Below are positions 9,414-17,797 of a DNA stretch of 44,592 nucleotides, in pieces. The position numbers were made by a program, and so were the translations under genes. Under the pieces are notes generated by a model. That model did no database searches. It was not told the DNA's origin and saw nothing but the letters and a program-made list of their open reading frames with translations. Each line of letters starts with the position of its first letter. Within the stretch, counting starts at the first letter, position 1. Origin of the DNA: Gammaproteobacteria bacterium (GTDB lineage Bacteria; Pseudomonadota; Gammaproteobacteria; SZUA-152); contig DATCIR010000050.1 of assembly GCA_036507695.1 (NCBI GenBank), positions 1 through 44,592 on the forward strand. The letters run 5' to 3'.

Positions 9414-10721
9414 CTATTTGCTCGCTACAAAGTGTTGAACACGATAACGGTCTTGCCAGCCATCCGGTGCTGATGCGATAACCAGAAACGAATGTATGCC
9501 GGGTGGCAAGCCGTCCTTGATATGTAATTGCAGATCGATACGGCCCACGTCATTAAATCGCGCCTGTGCCAGGTCAAACTGATAGAGGGATGAATCCAGT
9601 CCGTCGACGGAAATATCCACTACCGCGGAATCATAGATTTTATTGGACACGGCAACCCGGTAGTCGGAGATTTGCGGGCCATGCATGGTATCAGCCCGAT
9701 AGACCGCCAGATGAAAGCGTTCATAACTGACCAGCCCCCACACGAACATGGAAATGCCCAGTAGTGCAAACGGCATGGTCCAATGAACCCGGGACGATAA
9801 TGATGATAACCGTGTTTTCAACAATGCAAAGCGGGTTGCATCCCGATCACCGATTTTGAACCTCAGCAGGCCGGGCTGACCCTGCTTCGCCTGCAGGCTA
9901 TTACAGGCGGTAATGCATTCCCCGCAATTAATGCAAGTATCATAGATATCGGTGCTTTTGGGATCGAGCTCCAGAAAACACTGGGTCGCGCAATAGTTGC
10001 ATTTTTCACACAAAGCGGAGCGTGAGCTATCATAGGCGATATGCAAGGTATGTTGGGTTTTAAAGCCATGCTGCCAGACTTTATAGATGCACATGAACCG
10101 GCACCAGAAATGCCGTATAAACGCGATATCCAGAAATATCACCGCAACAAAAACAAAGTAGATAAAATGCAACGACCCGGCCAAACGCGCGTCCTGCTGA
10201 AACGCAATAAAGGACCAAACAACCGCCGGAGGATAAAAGTAGAACAATGGGATCAGCGCAAACAACATGGCTGCCGCCAAAAAACTGATACCGAGAATTG
10301 CCCAGTTGGACCACTTGTTTTTATTCGCTCCCACTTTCATTTTCTCGCCATCAAGCGAGAGTTCGGCGCGTTTGCCTAATAATTTTTGCGTAAGATAGTT
10401 AGCCCACTCCGATAAACTGTTTTGCGGACAAGACCAGCCGCAAAACGCAGTCCCGACCGTGGAATAGAGCAACACCGCGCCGCTGGCCAGTACCAGCCAA
10501 AAACCAAATACCAGAAAAAAATCGGACCACCAAATCTGGCGATCGAGGACCACGAACGCTCCCGCCATTGGATCAATACGAAACAAGCCGGCTGCGGGAA
10601 TCAATATGGCAACGGCGATAGTAAACCACTGCAAAGCACGGCGTTGCCAGTGCAAACGCATACTCGCTTTGGGTGTTTCCGCCGTGATGGGAATCCCGCT
10701 GAGTGAATTATTACTTTGCAT
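9414..10721 (-). CDS. ccoG: CcoG/FixG-like membrane-bound polyferredoxin
   Basis: 435 aa. CGWSCPQN, CRFMCIYK, CEKCNYCATQC and CINCGECITAC clusters. Multiple TM helices and a C-terminal beta-rich (FixG_C-like) domain. Confidence 0.8.
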   Translation of the reverse strand: MQSNNSLSGIPITAETPKASMRLHWQRRALQWFTIAVAILIPAAGLFRIDPMAGAFVVLDRQIWWSDFFLVFGFWLVLASGAVLLYSTVGTAFCGWSCPQNSLSEWANYLTQKLLGKRAELSLDGEKMKVGANKNKWSNWAILGISFLAAAMLFALIPLFYFYPPAVVWSFIAFQQDARLAGSLHFIYFVFVAVIFLDIAFIRHFWCRFMCIYKVWQHGFKTQHTLHIAYDSSRSALCEKCNYCATQCFLELDPKSTDIYDTCINCGECITACNSLQAKQGQPGLLRFKIGDRDATRFALLKTRLSSLSSRVHWTMPFALLGISMFVWGLVSYERFHLAVYRADTMHGPQISDYRVAVSNKIYDSAVVDISVDGLDSSLYQFDLAQARFNDVGRIDLQLHIKDGLPPGIHSFLVIASAPDGWQDRYRVQHFVASK

Positions 10722-10799
10722 CGCAGAAATATACCATACAGTGACTGAACGCTCACTTAATTTGACAACTGACCTTACAATACATAACGTTATCCACCT

Positions 10800-13427
10800 T
10801 CAATGTTGCAGCGCTTTATCCAGAGGACTAAGTTCAGCGAATTTTATTTTGTAACGTTGCGCTGACTCTGCATTACCACCCTCTTCCTCCAAACGCCACA
10901 TTCGTTTTAATGCGTCAGGATGATCCGGCCGGATTTTTAAAACCGATTCTAGTATGGCTTTTTCCGATATCCCGGCAGGACGGGTCATTTCATAGTTCAC
11001 CAAGGTCGCGTCCGCCACTGCGTAACTAATCCAGTGATCGCTGGGATTGGCTTGATAGGCCAGTTTCAGAAGCCGGTGAGCTTCGTTCGAATTGTTCTGC
11101 AACATCGCCAACCAACTGCGGTGAGCGAGTTCGGTTGCAATATAAGCCCTTTCAAAGGCGGCAAAGTTGGCGCTGTCCACATTAAGCTCTGCCGCCGCGG
11201 CAGATACGTGCAGCCGATGCTGCAGCAGATAATGGAGTAATTTGGCCAAATCCAATTCCCCGCTGTAGCGCGCGCCGGGCAGCCGGAATTCTATTTGCGG
11301 CGCCCATTCATCCTGAATGGGGCCAGACTCGTCGACATTAATCCTGCCCCAATAACGGCCCAGCCAGGCAAACTGGTTTTCAGTGCCCAATATCAGCTGC
11401 CGCCCTTCTGGAGACAGTCCCGCGAGGTTTTGTTCCAGAGCGGGCAATCCAGCCAATGCTCCGTTAACGCCGACCAGTGCAATACGAAATGCATCCACGA
11501 ACAATACCGCATCAGGAAAAACGTTTTTGAATGTGCGCAGGACAATCTTGAGAGACTCCAGCTCAAATTGATTGAGGGCAATCCACTGCACAAAAATTCC
11601 GTTATCCGTCAGCCGTTGCTTCACTCGCTGGAATTGCTGCCGGGAAAGCAACGCACTGCGCCCGACCAAGTCAGGGTGAAACAAGTCACCGATGATCACG
11701 TCATGTTTCCCGGGATCAGTCTTGATAAAACGCCTGGCATCGTCGCGAATAATAATGGTATGGTCAACAATATCCATGTTGACCTGATTAAACCATTCGC
11801 CGGCGGCCTCAATTGCACCCGCGGATATTTCCACGGCAGTTCGTTCCAATTTTGGATATGCCAGTGAACTGGAAGCGGAAATTCCCGTCCCTAAGCCAAG
11901 AAACAATACCGAGCGCGGTTCCGGATGCAGCAACAGCGGCAACCGCGCCTGGTTCCTTTGTGTATGCACCGAAGCGGGATCCGAAGCAGCATCCATGCGT
12001 TGCAAGTCAGCCAGTAACAATCTTTGCCCATCCTGTTTGGCAATGACGTGGGTGATATTCAGCGCGTCCTCATAACGATACAAATCGCTGGTATTGGAAT
12101 AAATTTCCGGTGCCAGCACATGTACCGGCACCATCTGGAAGACCGGTAGCGCTGCCAGCGTAACGATAGGCAGCGAAATCCAAATAACCCGTTTATTGGC
12201 CCAGGCCAGACTAAACAGCATAATCAGCAGCGCGGACACCACAATGACCGCGTAACTACCTATCAGCGGGGTCAGCAAAAAACCGGCGGCTATTGCGCCT
12301 AATGCGGCGCCAATGGAGTTGGCTCCGTATAATCTTGCGCCGCTGATGCCAGAGTCACCCAATCGCCGGTTTAACAACGGCAGCCACGCGCCAAAAATCA
12401 ATGTTACCGGCAAGGTCAGCATTGCAATGAGCGTACCCTGGTATAACAAGGCCTGGTTCAGGGATGTGATTTGCTGGAAATCGAAAAACTGAGTGAATGA
12501 TGGCAACAGCCAAAGACCGGCCACGATAAAACTACCGGCGCAAACCGGTAAGGTGTTAAACCACGCCGCTTTCACCAGGTAGCGCGCGAAATAACTGCCG
12601 GCCGCTATGCCAACCAGAAACACGGCCAATATGATTGCCAGAACATATTCCGTTCTCAGGAAAACCATGCCAAACAAGCGCGTCCAGCCGATTTCCAGCA
12701 TCAGCGAAACCGCGCCTATACCGGCGTATGCCACCAGCAGTTGTATTTGATCCGCGCTTAACCGCCGGTCATCCACTTTTGTTGCGTGGGGTAAGGCAGC
12801 CGGTAATTGACGAGACAATATTCCCGCCGCCACCGCAACGCACACACTGATACTCACCACAATGTGGAGCGCCGATGTCCAGCCCAACGCTGGCAACAAC
12901 ACCAAGGGTAGCAGCGCGCCGATAGCTGCACCCAGGGTGTTAACCGCGTAAACAACACCTAACGAAGCCGGGACTTTTTCAAACAGGGAAAGTATTAATG
13001 GAAAACCCATACCCATGAGCAAAGCCGGTAGTAGCAATACAAATCCAGTGGCAATGAACTGCAAGAAGTACCATATACCCAGTGAGAACTGCGCGGCCAG
13101 ATTAAATTGCCACGATTCGACCCATTGAAACAGCCAGGGAATAGCCAGCGAAGTACCGGCTATCACCAACTCGATAACGGCAAAGATTGCCAGGGGATCC
13201 GAGGCATACCGTAACACCCGGGTACCCAGCAAACTACCCGCTCCCAGGCCCAGCATAAACGCGGCAACGGTAATCACCACCCCGAAGATGCTGACCCCGA
13301 ATTGCAATGCCAGCATTCTGACCCACAGGACTTCATAAGCCAGGCTCGAGAGTCCGGAGAAAAAATACAGCGTCAGCACCATCAGCAGGATCGGCTTCAA
13401 CGGGTGATCAGTTAGTTGTTTTGACAC
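10800..13427 (-). CDS. fused polytopic membrane domain / spermidine-synthase-like domain / TPR-like tail
   Basis: 875 aa. About 430 aa of 12-13 predicted TM helices. Then VLFLGLGTGISA...DVIIGDLFHPDLVGRSALLSRQQF...NGIFVQW (class I SAM/aminopropyltransferase fold). Then a helical-repeat C-terminus. Confidence 0.8.
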   Translation of the reverse strand: MSKQLTDHPLKPILLMVLTLYFFSGLSSLAYEVLWVRMLALQFGVSIFGVVITVAAFMLGLGAGSLLGTRVLRYASDPLAIFAVIELVIAGTSLAIPWLFQWVESWQFNLAAQFSLGIWYFLQFIATGFVLLLPALLMGMGFPLILSLFEKVPASLGVVYAVNTLGAAIGALLPLVLLPALGWTSALHIVVSISVCVAVAAGILSRQLPAALPHATKVDDRRLSADQIQLLVAYAGIGAVSLMLEIGWTRLFGMVFLRTEYVLAIILAVFLVGIAAGSYFARYLVKAAWFNTLPVCAGSFIVAGLWLLPSFTQFFDFQQITSLNQALLYQGTLIAMLTLPVTLIFGAWLPLLNRRLGDSGISGARLYGANSIGAALGAIAAGFLLTPLIGSYAVIVVSALLIMLFSLAWANKRVIWISLPIVTLAALPVFQMVPVHVLAPEIYSNTSDLYRYEDALNITHVIAKQDGQRLLLADLQRMDAASDPASVHTQRNQARLPLLLHPEPRSVLFLGLGTGISASSSLAYPKLERTAVEISAGAIEAAGEWFNQVNMDIVDHTIIIRDDARRFIKTDPGKHDVIIGDLFHPDLVGRSALLSRQQFQRVKQRLTDNGIFVQWIALNQFELESLKIVLRTFKNVFPDAVLFVDAFRIALVGVNGALAGLPALEQNLAGLSPEGRQLILGTENQFAWLGRYWGRINVDESGPIQDEWAPQIEFRLPGARYSGELDLAKLLHYLLQHRLHVSAAAAELNVDSANFAAFERAYIATELAHRSWLAMLQNNSNEAHRLLKLAYQANPSDHWISYAVADATLVNYEMTRPAGISEKAILESVLKIRPDHPDALKRMWRLEEEGGNAESAQRYKIKFAELSPLDKALQH

Positions 13428-13469
13428 GATGCAAGGCGTAGTTACGTAAAATAGCGGCTTTCGGCGCGA

Positions 13470-13886
13470 TTAAAACGGCCAGAACCATACCATGCCGACT
13501 ATGGCATGGCCAAGCGCCAGGGTAAGACTAAGGCCGGCAAAAACCATATGCGCTATGTACACGTCTTTGCCAAAAACACCCATTGCAATGCCGAGTCCTA
13601 CTGTAATGGATATAAACAAAAGTAGCGGCACCCCCATCGCAAACATGATTTGCCGCTTGCGTTGATCGTCTATTTTTATAATTTCACTGTCGATGACGTC
13701 CCGGGAGGTAAAAGCCTGAATAACCTGCGTTTCACTGGATTTTTGCGGTGCTTCCGCGCTACCGCCGCCTGTATCCTTGTCATCCCCGGCGCTGATAGAG
13801 GAAAAAAAAATAAAAAATAAAATAGTCAGCCTGCTTAAAGTTGCGAAATCGCGAAGCGTGCTTGTTATCGAATCGGCACCGCGCAT
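13470..13886 (-). CDS. hypothetical membrane protein
   Basis: 138 aa. N-terminal hydrophobic segment plus two C-terminal TM helices. 4-nt gap from the upstream gene. Confidence 0.5.
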   Translation of the reverse strand: MRGADSITSTLRDFATLSRLTILFFIFFSSISAGDDKDTGGGSAEAPQKSSETQVIQAFTSRDVIDSEIIKIDDQRKRQIMFAMGVPLLLFISITVGLGIAMGVFGKDVYIAHMVFAGLSLTLALGHAIVGMVWFWPF

Positions 13887-13889
13887 TGC

Positions 13890-14147
13890 TTATTGCCGCT
13901 CTTCGATGGAAGACTCTGTATCGGCTTTGTTCTCCCGTTCCGCCTGGTGCTTTTTAATGGCAAAGTGCCAATATAAAACCGCGCTCAGCACGAACGGGAA
14001 CAGTATAATCAACAACAGGAAAATAAAAATAGCCCAGGGAGTATCAATCGATACACGTAAGTAACGATAACTGTCAGCAGCAAAGGCAACATGGCAAAAC
14101 AGCGTCATCCAAATCGCCAGTATTGCCATGGTGAGTTTTGTATTCAT
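13890..14147 (-). CDS. small secreted or membrane protein
   Basis: 85 aa. Signal-like N-terminus (ILAIWMTLFCHVAFA), one further TM helix and a charged tail. Confidence 0.5.
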   Translation of the reverse strand: MNTKLTMAILAIWMTLFCHVAFAADSYRYLRVSIDTPWAIFIFLLLIILFPFVLSAVLYWHFAIKKHQAERENKADTESSIEERQ

Positions 14148-14183
14148 AAGGGATATCGTGTTTACTAAACGTCGAATTAACCG

Positions 14184-15248
14184 TTAGCCTGCCGGAACGT
14201 CTTGAACGCAGCGGAATCCAAAAAAATCTGACGCATAATGCGGCATTGAATAATTGCGGTGATAACTCGAGGTGGAAAATGGATCGCTTTTCCACGAACC
14301 GCCGCGCCGTACTTTAAACACCCGGTTTTCCAGTTCAACCAGTTCACCCACTTTCATCGCCTTATCCTCGGGTGTGTTGGCCACCAGCGCTTTTGCGGTA
14401 AACAAGGCAGCGGGCGCCGTGGACCCTTCATAGGGCGCGAAATCACTGGCGGTCCACTGGCTGACATTTCCGGCCATGTCGAATACCCCATACGGGCTTT
14501 TCCCCGATTCGTATTGCGTCACCACGGACGTTGCACCGACGTTATAGTAGGTGTTCAGCCGGGTTGGGTCCATGTTATCTCCCCATGGCCAACGGTTTCC
14601 CTGGGGACCCCTGGCGGCTTTTTCCCATTCAGCTTCCGTTGGTAACCGCTTATTTACCGAGGTACAATACGCCTGCGCATCAAACCAGGATACCATGGCC
14701 ACGGGATGCAGCAGTTTATTTTCCGGGACTTTTCCATTTTGCCAGTCCAGCGGCGGCCTGTGCTTGGTCCTGGCCACAAAGCGGGCATACTGCGCGATCG
14801 TGACAGGATATTTATCAATATAATAGCGTTGCAATACCACCTTATGTTCGGGCTGGTTTTGGGCATCGGCCCGTTCGGAGTTGGTCCCCATCAGAAACTC
14901 GCCTTCGGGTATCTCGACGATCATATCCACCTCGGCCCACTGTTCCGGAGTCAGCAAGGCGGTAACCTCGGTCAGCAAGAATGTATCATCCGCTTTTTCT
15001 GTTAATTTATGCTGCTTATGCAATTGGATGTCTTCACCGGCGGCCCGGATGCGCTTGTGTTCATCTTTGAGATCGTAGGAAGCCCTGGCGCGCATGTCAT
15101 TCATTCGATTGGCGCCCAACTTTACGACATGAAAAGCGCCAAACACCATGGCTAATGCGATACAGGTAATTAAAGTCGCAACCAGATAGCGTTTGCGCAC
15201 TAACCGTTGTTGCTCCGTCAATTGCATACGGGTGGAATGCCCTGACAT
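14184..15248 (-). CDS. membrane-anchored FGE-sulfatase (SUMF1) domain protein
   Basis: EGEFLMGT, YYIDKYPVT, HPVAMVSWFDAQAYC, RLPTEAEWEKAARG, GVFDMAGNVSQW and VRRGGSW blocks. N-terminal TM anchor. The canonical FGE Cys pair after RGGS is absent (RGGSWKSDPFSTSSYHRNYS). Confidence 0.85.
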   Translation of the reverse strand: MSGHSTRMQLTEQQRLVRKRYLVATLITCIALAMVFGAFHVVKLGANRMNDMRARASYDLKDEHKRIRAAGEDIQLHKQHKLTEKADDTFLLTEVTALLTPEQWAEVDMIVEIPEGEFLMGTNSERADAQNQPEHKVVLQRYYIDKYPVTIAQYARFVARTKHRPPLDWQNGKVPENKLLHPVAMVSWFDAQAYCTSVNKRLPTEAEWEKAARGPQGNRWPWGDNMDPTRLNTYYNVGATSVVTQYESGKSPYGVFDMAGNVSQWTASDFAPYEGSTAPAALFTAKALVANTPEDKAMKVGELVELENRVFKVRRGGSWKSDPFSTSSYHRNYSMPHYASDFFGFRCVQDVPAG

Positions 15249-15250
15249 AA

Positions 15251-15730
15251 CTACTCACTTAATGACGACTCTTTAGGTTTTTCGTCGGGTTTAACGTAGA
15301 GTTTTTCCGCTTCTTCCGGCGTGGTACGGCCGTAAATTCGCTTTATCATGATCTCGCCAAAAACGCCGCCAATAGCCGCGCACTCAACCGCCAGAATTAC
15401 AAAAAAAATCCACCAGCCAAAAGGCATTAACGTCATGCCGTCCGGCAGGTTCGTGAGATATTCACTCTCCATATAGGCGATCGTCCTGACGATGACCGGG
15501 GGAAAATAACACAACCATTTTCCGCCCAAGCCAAATACCGACGCGGTAGCCAGTCCCACGAAGATGGGAATGATGAAAACCAGAACGGCCCACTTTACAT
15601 TAAATATCGCCAGAGGATCGTTAATAGGAACCAATTCCAAGCGCACACCGAGCAACCGGTCGCCCGCATAGTTAACCAGACAGCCCACCATGATCGCAAA
15701 CGTTCCGGATACAAACCGCGCTTTTGTCAT
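15251..15730 (-). CDS. hypothetical 4-TM membrane protein
   Basis: 159 aa. 4-nt ATGA-type overlap with the upstream cytochrome gene. No family recognised. Confidence 0.55.
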   Translation of the reverse strand: MTKARFVSGTFAIMVGCLVNYAGDRLLGVRLELVPINDPLAIFNVKWAVLVFIIPIFVGLATASVFGLGGKWLCYFPPVIVRTIAYMESEYLTNLPDGMTLMPFGWWIFFVILAVECAAIGGVFGEIMIKRIYGRTTPEEAEKLYVKPDEKPKESSLSE

Positions 15731-16215
15731 GGGTTATACTCTTTACCGGTTAATTTCTCATATTCGAGTTTCTTGGTTTCTTCCAGATACCACTCTTCAA
15801 CCTTCAGACTCGCCATATATTCTGCCAGGATTATCCGATCTTGTTCCGGCGCATGCGCCAGTGATGGCATTTGATATTCTTTTTTCAGTCGCGTAGGCAC
15901 AATGTTCTGAGGATTATCCGCGGAAAAATACCGTAAAAACCATTCCTCACCTTTTAAAGAACCCAAACCATCCAGGGCGGGCGCGGGAACGGATTGCATG
16001 ATGCTGCGTTTGGTCCAAAGACTATGGCAGGCGTGACAATTATATTTTTCAAAAAGTGCACGCGCTTGTTTAGACAATTCCAGAGATGCTGTGCTGTAGT
16101 AAGGGATACCTTTATCTTCTTCTGCCTGGCTGGAGAGGTTATAAGCCTTGAGCGCGGCGGTGATTGCCACAACAACACCGATAACCGCCAAAATGCCCAG
16201 TTCACCTTTTTTCAT
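15727..16215 (-). CDS. membrane-anchored monoheme cytochrome c (CcoO-related heme domain)
   Basis: N-terminal TM helix. CHACH motif followed by LDGLGS...W; paralogous to the 23386-23964 product. Confidence 0.8.
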   Translation of the reverse strand: MKKGELGILAVIGVVVAITAALKAYNLSSQAEEDKGIPYYSTASLELSKQARALFEKYNCHACHSLWTKRSIMQSVPAPALDGLGSLKGEEWFLRYFSADNPQNIVPTRLKKEYQMPSLAHAPEQDRIILAEYMASLKVEEWYLEETKKLEYEKLTGKEYNP

Positions 16216-16261
16216 GATGCTTTATAAAGTATTCGCATGCTGCAACAATACCTGGTCTCAG

Positions 16262-16549
16262 TTACGATGCTTTTTTCTTTTCCGCCGTTTTTTGTTCGCG
16301 CGCTTCTTTCAAATACTTTTCACGCAATTCTTCCTGAGATTTATTGACTTCCATCGCCTTTTTAAATTCTTCAGGCGACATTTTGTCTTCATCGTCCTTA
16401 TCAAACACCACGTATTTGATATCTTCATCAAATTGATCGTTCTTGGCGGCCCAGCGTATGGCGATTATCGACGCGATAATGATTCCCGCGCCAGCGACCA
16501 GCCACAGATAGATTGTCCAACCGTCTTCAAGATTATTTAAAAATTCCAT
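16262..16549 (-). CDS. CcoS/FixS-like cbb3 oxidase maturation protein with extended charged tail
   Basis: One TM helix then RWAAKNDQFDEDIKYVVFDKDDED, which matches the remembered CcoS pattern F-WA-K-GQFDD...DD. A 45-aa Lys/Glu-rich extension follows. Confidence 0.55.
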   Translation of the reverse strand: MEFLNNLEDGWTIYLWLVAGAGIIIASIIAIRWAAKNDQFDEDIKYVVFDKDDEDKMSPEEFKKAMEVNKSQEELREKYLKEAREQKTAEKKKAS

Positions 16550-16558
16550 CGCTCTCTC

Positions 16559-16852
16559 CTATACTAAAAACCCGTGCATCATTTGCGCTGCGCCAAAAAC
16601 GATGGCGAAAACGACACCGAGTAGAATCATGACAAAAAGCACCTTTTCCCCTGTTTTCAGTTTTTGTGATTTGCCTTTAAACATAAAAAGAAATGCAATC
16701 ACCAGAAAAACAACAATCCCGAATATTAAAAAATAGAACATGCCGGCGCTAAAGCTTTGGCTGCTCATGCCCTCGATACTCATGTCGAAGCCAAAGGGAC
16801 GCACCTTATCGCCTTCGGCCACTTGTATAAGCTGATGAAAAATACTGTACAT
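16559..16852 (-). CDS. small 2-TM membrane protein
   Basis: 97 aa. Its second TM module (KLKTGEKVLFVMILLGVVF) is nearly identical to the N-terminal anchor of the cytochrome at 23386-23964 (VKTGEKVLFGIFGVFIF). Confidence 0.55.
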   Translation of the reverse strand: MYSIFHQLIQVAEGDKVRPFGFDMSIEGMSSQSFSAGMFYFLIFGIVVFLVIAFLFMFKGKSQKLKTGEKVLFVMILLGVVFAIVFGAAQMMHGFLV

Positions 16853-16899
16853 GCTACCAACCGGGAAATGCAGAATTAGGTAACCACATTGGATTGTAT

Positions 16900-16908
16900 A
16901 TTATATCA
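16900..16908 (-). promoter_or_regulatory. possible extended -10 promoter (TGATATAAT on minus strand)
   Basis: The minus strand reads TTGTTGATATAATATAC about 48 nt upstream of the ATG at 16852, just downstream of the terminator at 16950-16981. Confidence 0.3.
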
Positions 16909-16949
16909 ACAAGTTCACTACGGATAAAAATTGAAATCCTGTAGTAAGC

Positions 16950-16981
16950 AAAAAGCCATGCCACCTCGGGAGTGGCATGGC
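16950..16981 (-). terminator. rho-independent terminator (minus strand)
   Basis: GCCATGCCAC / 7-nt loop / GTGGCATGGC. On the minus strand it is followed by TTTTTGC. It separates the ccoN-ccoO unit from the downstream accessory operon. Confidence 0.6.
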
Positions 16982-17029
16982 TTCGACATTCATAACTTAA
17001 CTTACTTGGAGTAGCTGTCGATCGCCTCT

Positions 17030-17137
17030 TTACCCTTGTCGTATTTATCCACAAAGAAGCTGTAGATAAACGGAACGGCGTATACCATGAGTACCCAGAT
17101 TAGCATTGCAAACGGGCCATTATCTAAATCAAGCATT
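17030..17137 (-). CDS. candidate 35-aa single-TM micropeptide
   Basis: Hand-translated MLDLDNGPFAMLIWVLMVYAVPFIYSFFVDKYGQG. GGGAGAG lies 6 nt upstream of the ATG. It starts 18 nt after the FixP_N-like gene ends and precedes the terminator. Confidence 0.45.
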
Positions 17138-17155
17138 GTCGTCTCTCCCAAATTC

Positions 17156-17782
17156 TCAGTGGTGCTTCTTGTGATCCGGTTTATAGCTGTAATTTGGCAA
17201 GCGTTTTACAGCAATAATGACCGAAACGCAAAACACAATGATAAAGATGATATCGATCGTGTAGCCTTTATCCCACGTAGGTTGTATGCGAATGGTGGAG
17301 CCATCTTCACGCTTCTCACCTTCAAAATTAGCCAGTACCAGCTCGTTACCAACGACGGTGTACTCGTCCATGCGCGCCCCTTTGCGCTGCAGCTCGATGA
17401 TCTGGCCTTTGATCATTCGCAAGTCGTCCATCGTTAAGGGATGCCTTTCCTGCAGGGCCGTCCATTTTGAGCCGCCCGCGCGAACGGTATCTTCGATCCA
17501 TTTCATTGCGTCTTGGTCATTCTTGCCCTGGATCGCAGGATCGTCCATCAATTTCACATATTCTTCGTAAATCGCCGCCGTTGGGCGCTGACCCCACAGT
17601 GGCGCGGTAATCAAGAATGCTGTAATAATTGTCAGGAGCAGCAAACCTACTACCGGCGGCGGCAAACGATTGTTATTTTCAGTAATCCCACCCAGACTCT
17701 CGCCTTCCCAAAGCTTGACCGCACCCTGGTTTTGGTCATCGGTGGATAATGTATAAAGTGGATTATCAAATCTCCAAGCCAT
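17156..17782 (-). CDS. heme-less FixP(CcoP) N-terminal-domain protein
   Basis: GGITENNNRLPPPVVGLLLLTIITAFLITAPLW resembles DGIEEYDNPLPRWWF...LYP of CcoP. 208 aa, 2 TM, no CxxCH anywhere. Occupies the ccoP position after ccoO. Confidence 0.6.
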   Translation of the reverse strand: MAWRFDNPLYTLSTDDQNQGAVKLWEGESLGGITENNNRLPPPVVGLLLLTIITAFLITAPLWGQRPTAAIYEEYVKLMDDPAIQGKNDQDAMKWIEDTVRAGGSKWTALQERHPLTMDDLRMIKGQIIELQRKGARMDEYTVVGNELVLANFEGEKREDGSTIRIQPTWDKGYTIDIIFIIVFCVSVIIAVKRLPNYSYKPDHKKHH

Positions 17783-17797
17783 GTGCTACATCCCCTA

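Noticed and set aside
16854-17054. 66-aa minus-strand ORF, and the 17087-17437 plus-strand ORF
   Set aside because: The first spans the terminator hairpin and the promoter-like region, with no Shine-Dalgarno. The second is antisense to the FixP_N-like gene. The 35-aa peptide at 17030-17137 is the better-supported reading of this spacer.
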